In this document: one piece after another, positions 63,267 to 64,000 of the stretch | How the letters are laid out: every line of letters starts with the position of its first letter | Position numbering within the stretch: position 1 is the stretch's first letter | NCBI RefSeq assembly: GCF_037042905.1 | Contig: NC_087263.1 | Location: 12,898,001-12,962,000 of the forward strand | Direction of reading: 5' to 3' | From: Lytechinus pictus | Taxonomy: Eukaryota | Length of the DNA: 64,000 nt | Position numbers and translations under genes: made by a program | The notes under the pieces: model-generated | Seen by the model: only the letters and a program-made list of their open reading frames with translations | Told to the model about the DNA's origin: nothing | Databases searched by the model: none

Positions 63267-64000
63267 AGTGTTATCACAGAGTGTTCATATAGTGTAATAT
63301 GTGAACATATTCACACTGTTAAAATGCTTAAATTTATCAGTGTGAAGATATTTTCACACTGTGGACACCTCGACAGTGTGACTGTTCAGAGCGTGTTCAC
63401 ATGGTCGACTATGTGAATATGTGATGCACACTATTGAACTGCTCAAATTTAACAGTGTGAAGGTGATTTCACATTGTGTTCCACACTGTGAACACAGTGG
63501 GACTGTGACTGTGGGACAGTATGTTCTTTCCAGTACACTGCTAAATTTGAACATTTTTACAGTGAATTAAATCACAGTTTCACACCATCCCCTCTGTGAT
63601 CACACTGTGTACACTCAATGAGTAGACAAAGGTAGAAGTGTCCTTGGTGTGTAATTGTTTTCACACTGTTTAACATTGCTAAATTTCCGCCTTTCAGATT
63701 AAAACTTAACCAAAAAAAAAAAAATAACTGAAGACCAAAAGAGCCTACATAAATTGAAAAGCCGGTTTTACCATCTCTCGGTCATCCAACTTTACATTGT
63801 TTGTTCATTTTAATTTTGTGTGGGTTTATGAAACTATACAAAATATTCTGAGGGTGTTGGGATGATGTATATAGTATATTAGATTCACGGGAAGGTCGTT
63901 CCTTTTAATTCTATTTTTACCAAACCGTCCAAGATTACACCATTATAAAATGTAAGGGCAACTACGTTCAGGAAGTCTATTTTTGTAAGTTATTTCCTAT

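Noticed and set aside
57100..64000. A third neurotrophin-like paralogue upstream of gene B
   Set aside because: No spliceable segment with knot cysteine or RxAFS motifs was found by eye; a tBLASTn with both proteins would settle it.

Overview
AT-rich, intron-rich eukaryotic DNA. The repeat families suggest an echinoderm, probably a sea urchin (inference, not checked). The ORF track hides the main content: two tandem, minus-strand, spliced genes for secreted neurotrophin/Spaetzle-type cystine-knot precursors, reconstructed by hand. All introns are GT-AG and all exon phases match. Gene A has 4 coding exons (8758-8695, 7390-7341, 4814-4482, 2610-2260; 265 aa). Gene B has 5 coding exons (56324-56258, 47121-47051, 44720-44517, 31572-31328, 29680-29575; 230 aa). 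Each encodes a signal peptide, a prodomain with an R(I/V)AFS motif like the RVLFS of pro-NGF, a dibasic site and an NGF-like mature domain. Unlike vertebrate neurotrophins, both mature domains have a seventh cysteine in a Spaetzle-like CCxC end and lack loop 2, and B is strongly acidic. The rest is a dense mosaic of non-autonomous transposons. These include a 4.8-kb TAG...CTA foldback element with ~1-kb near-identical arms carrying RFX X-box arrays, a MITE nest containing a Penelope-like hammerhead remnant, and Kolobok-, CACTA-, Harbinger-, hAT- and Tc1-type MITEs. Decayed LINEs and tRNA-derived SINEs are also present. No prokaryotic systems or CRISPR arrays were seen.
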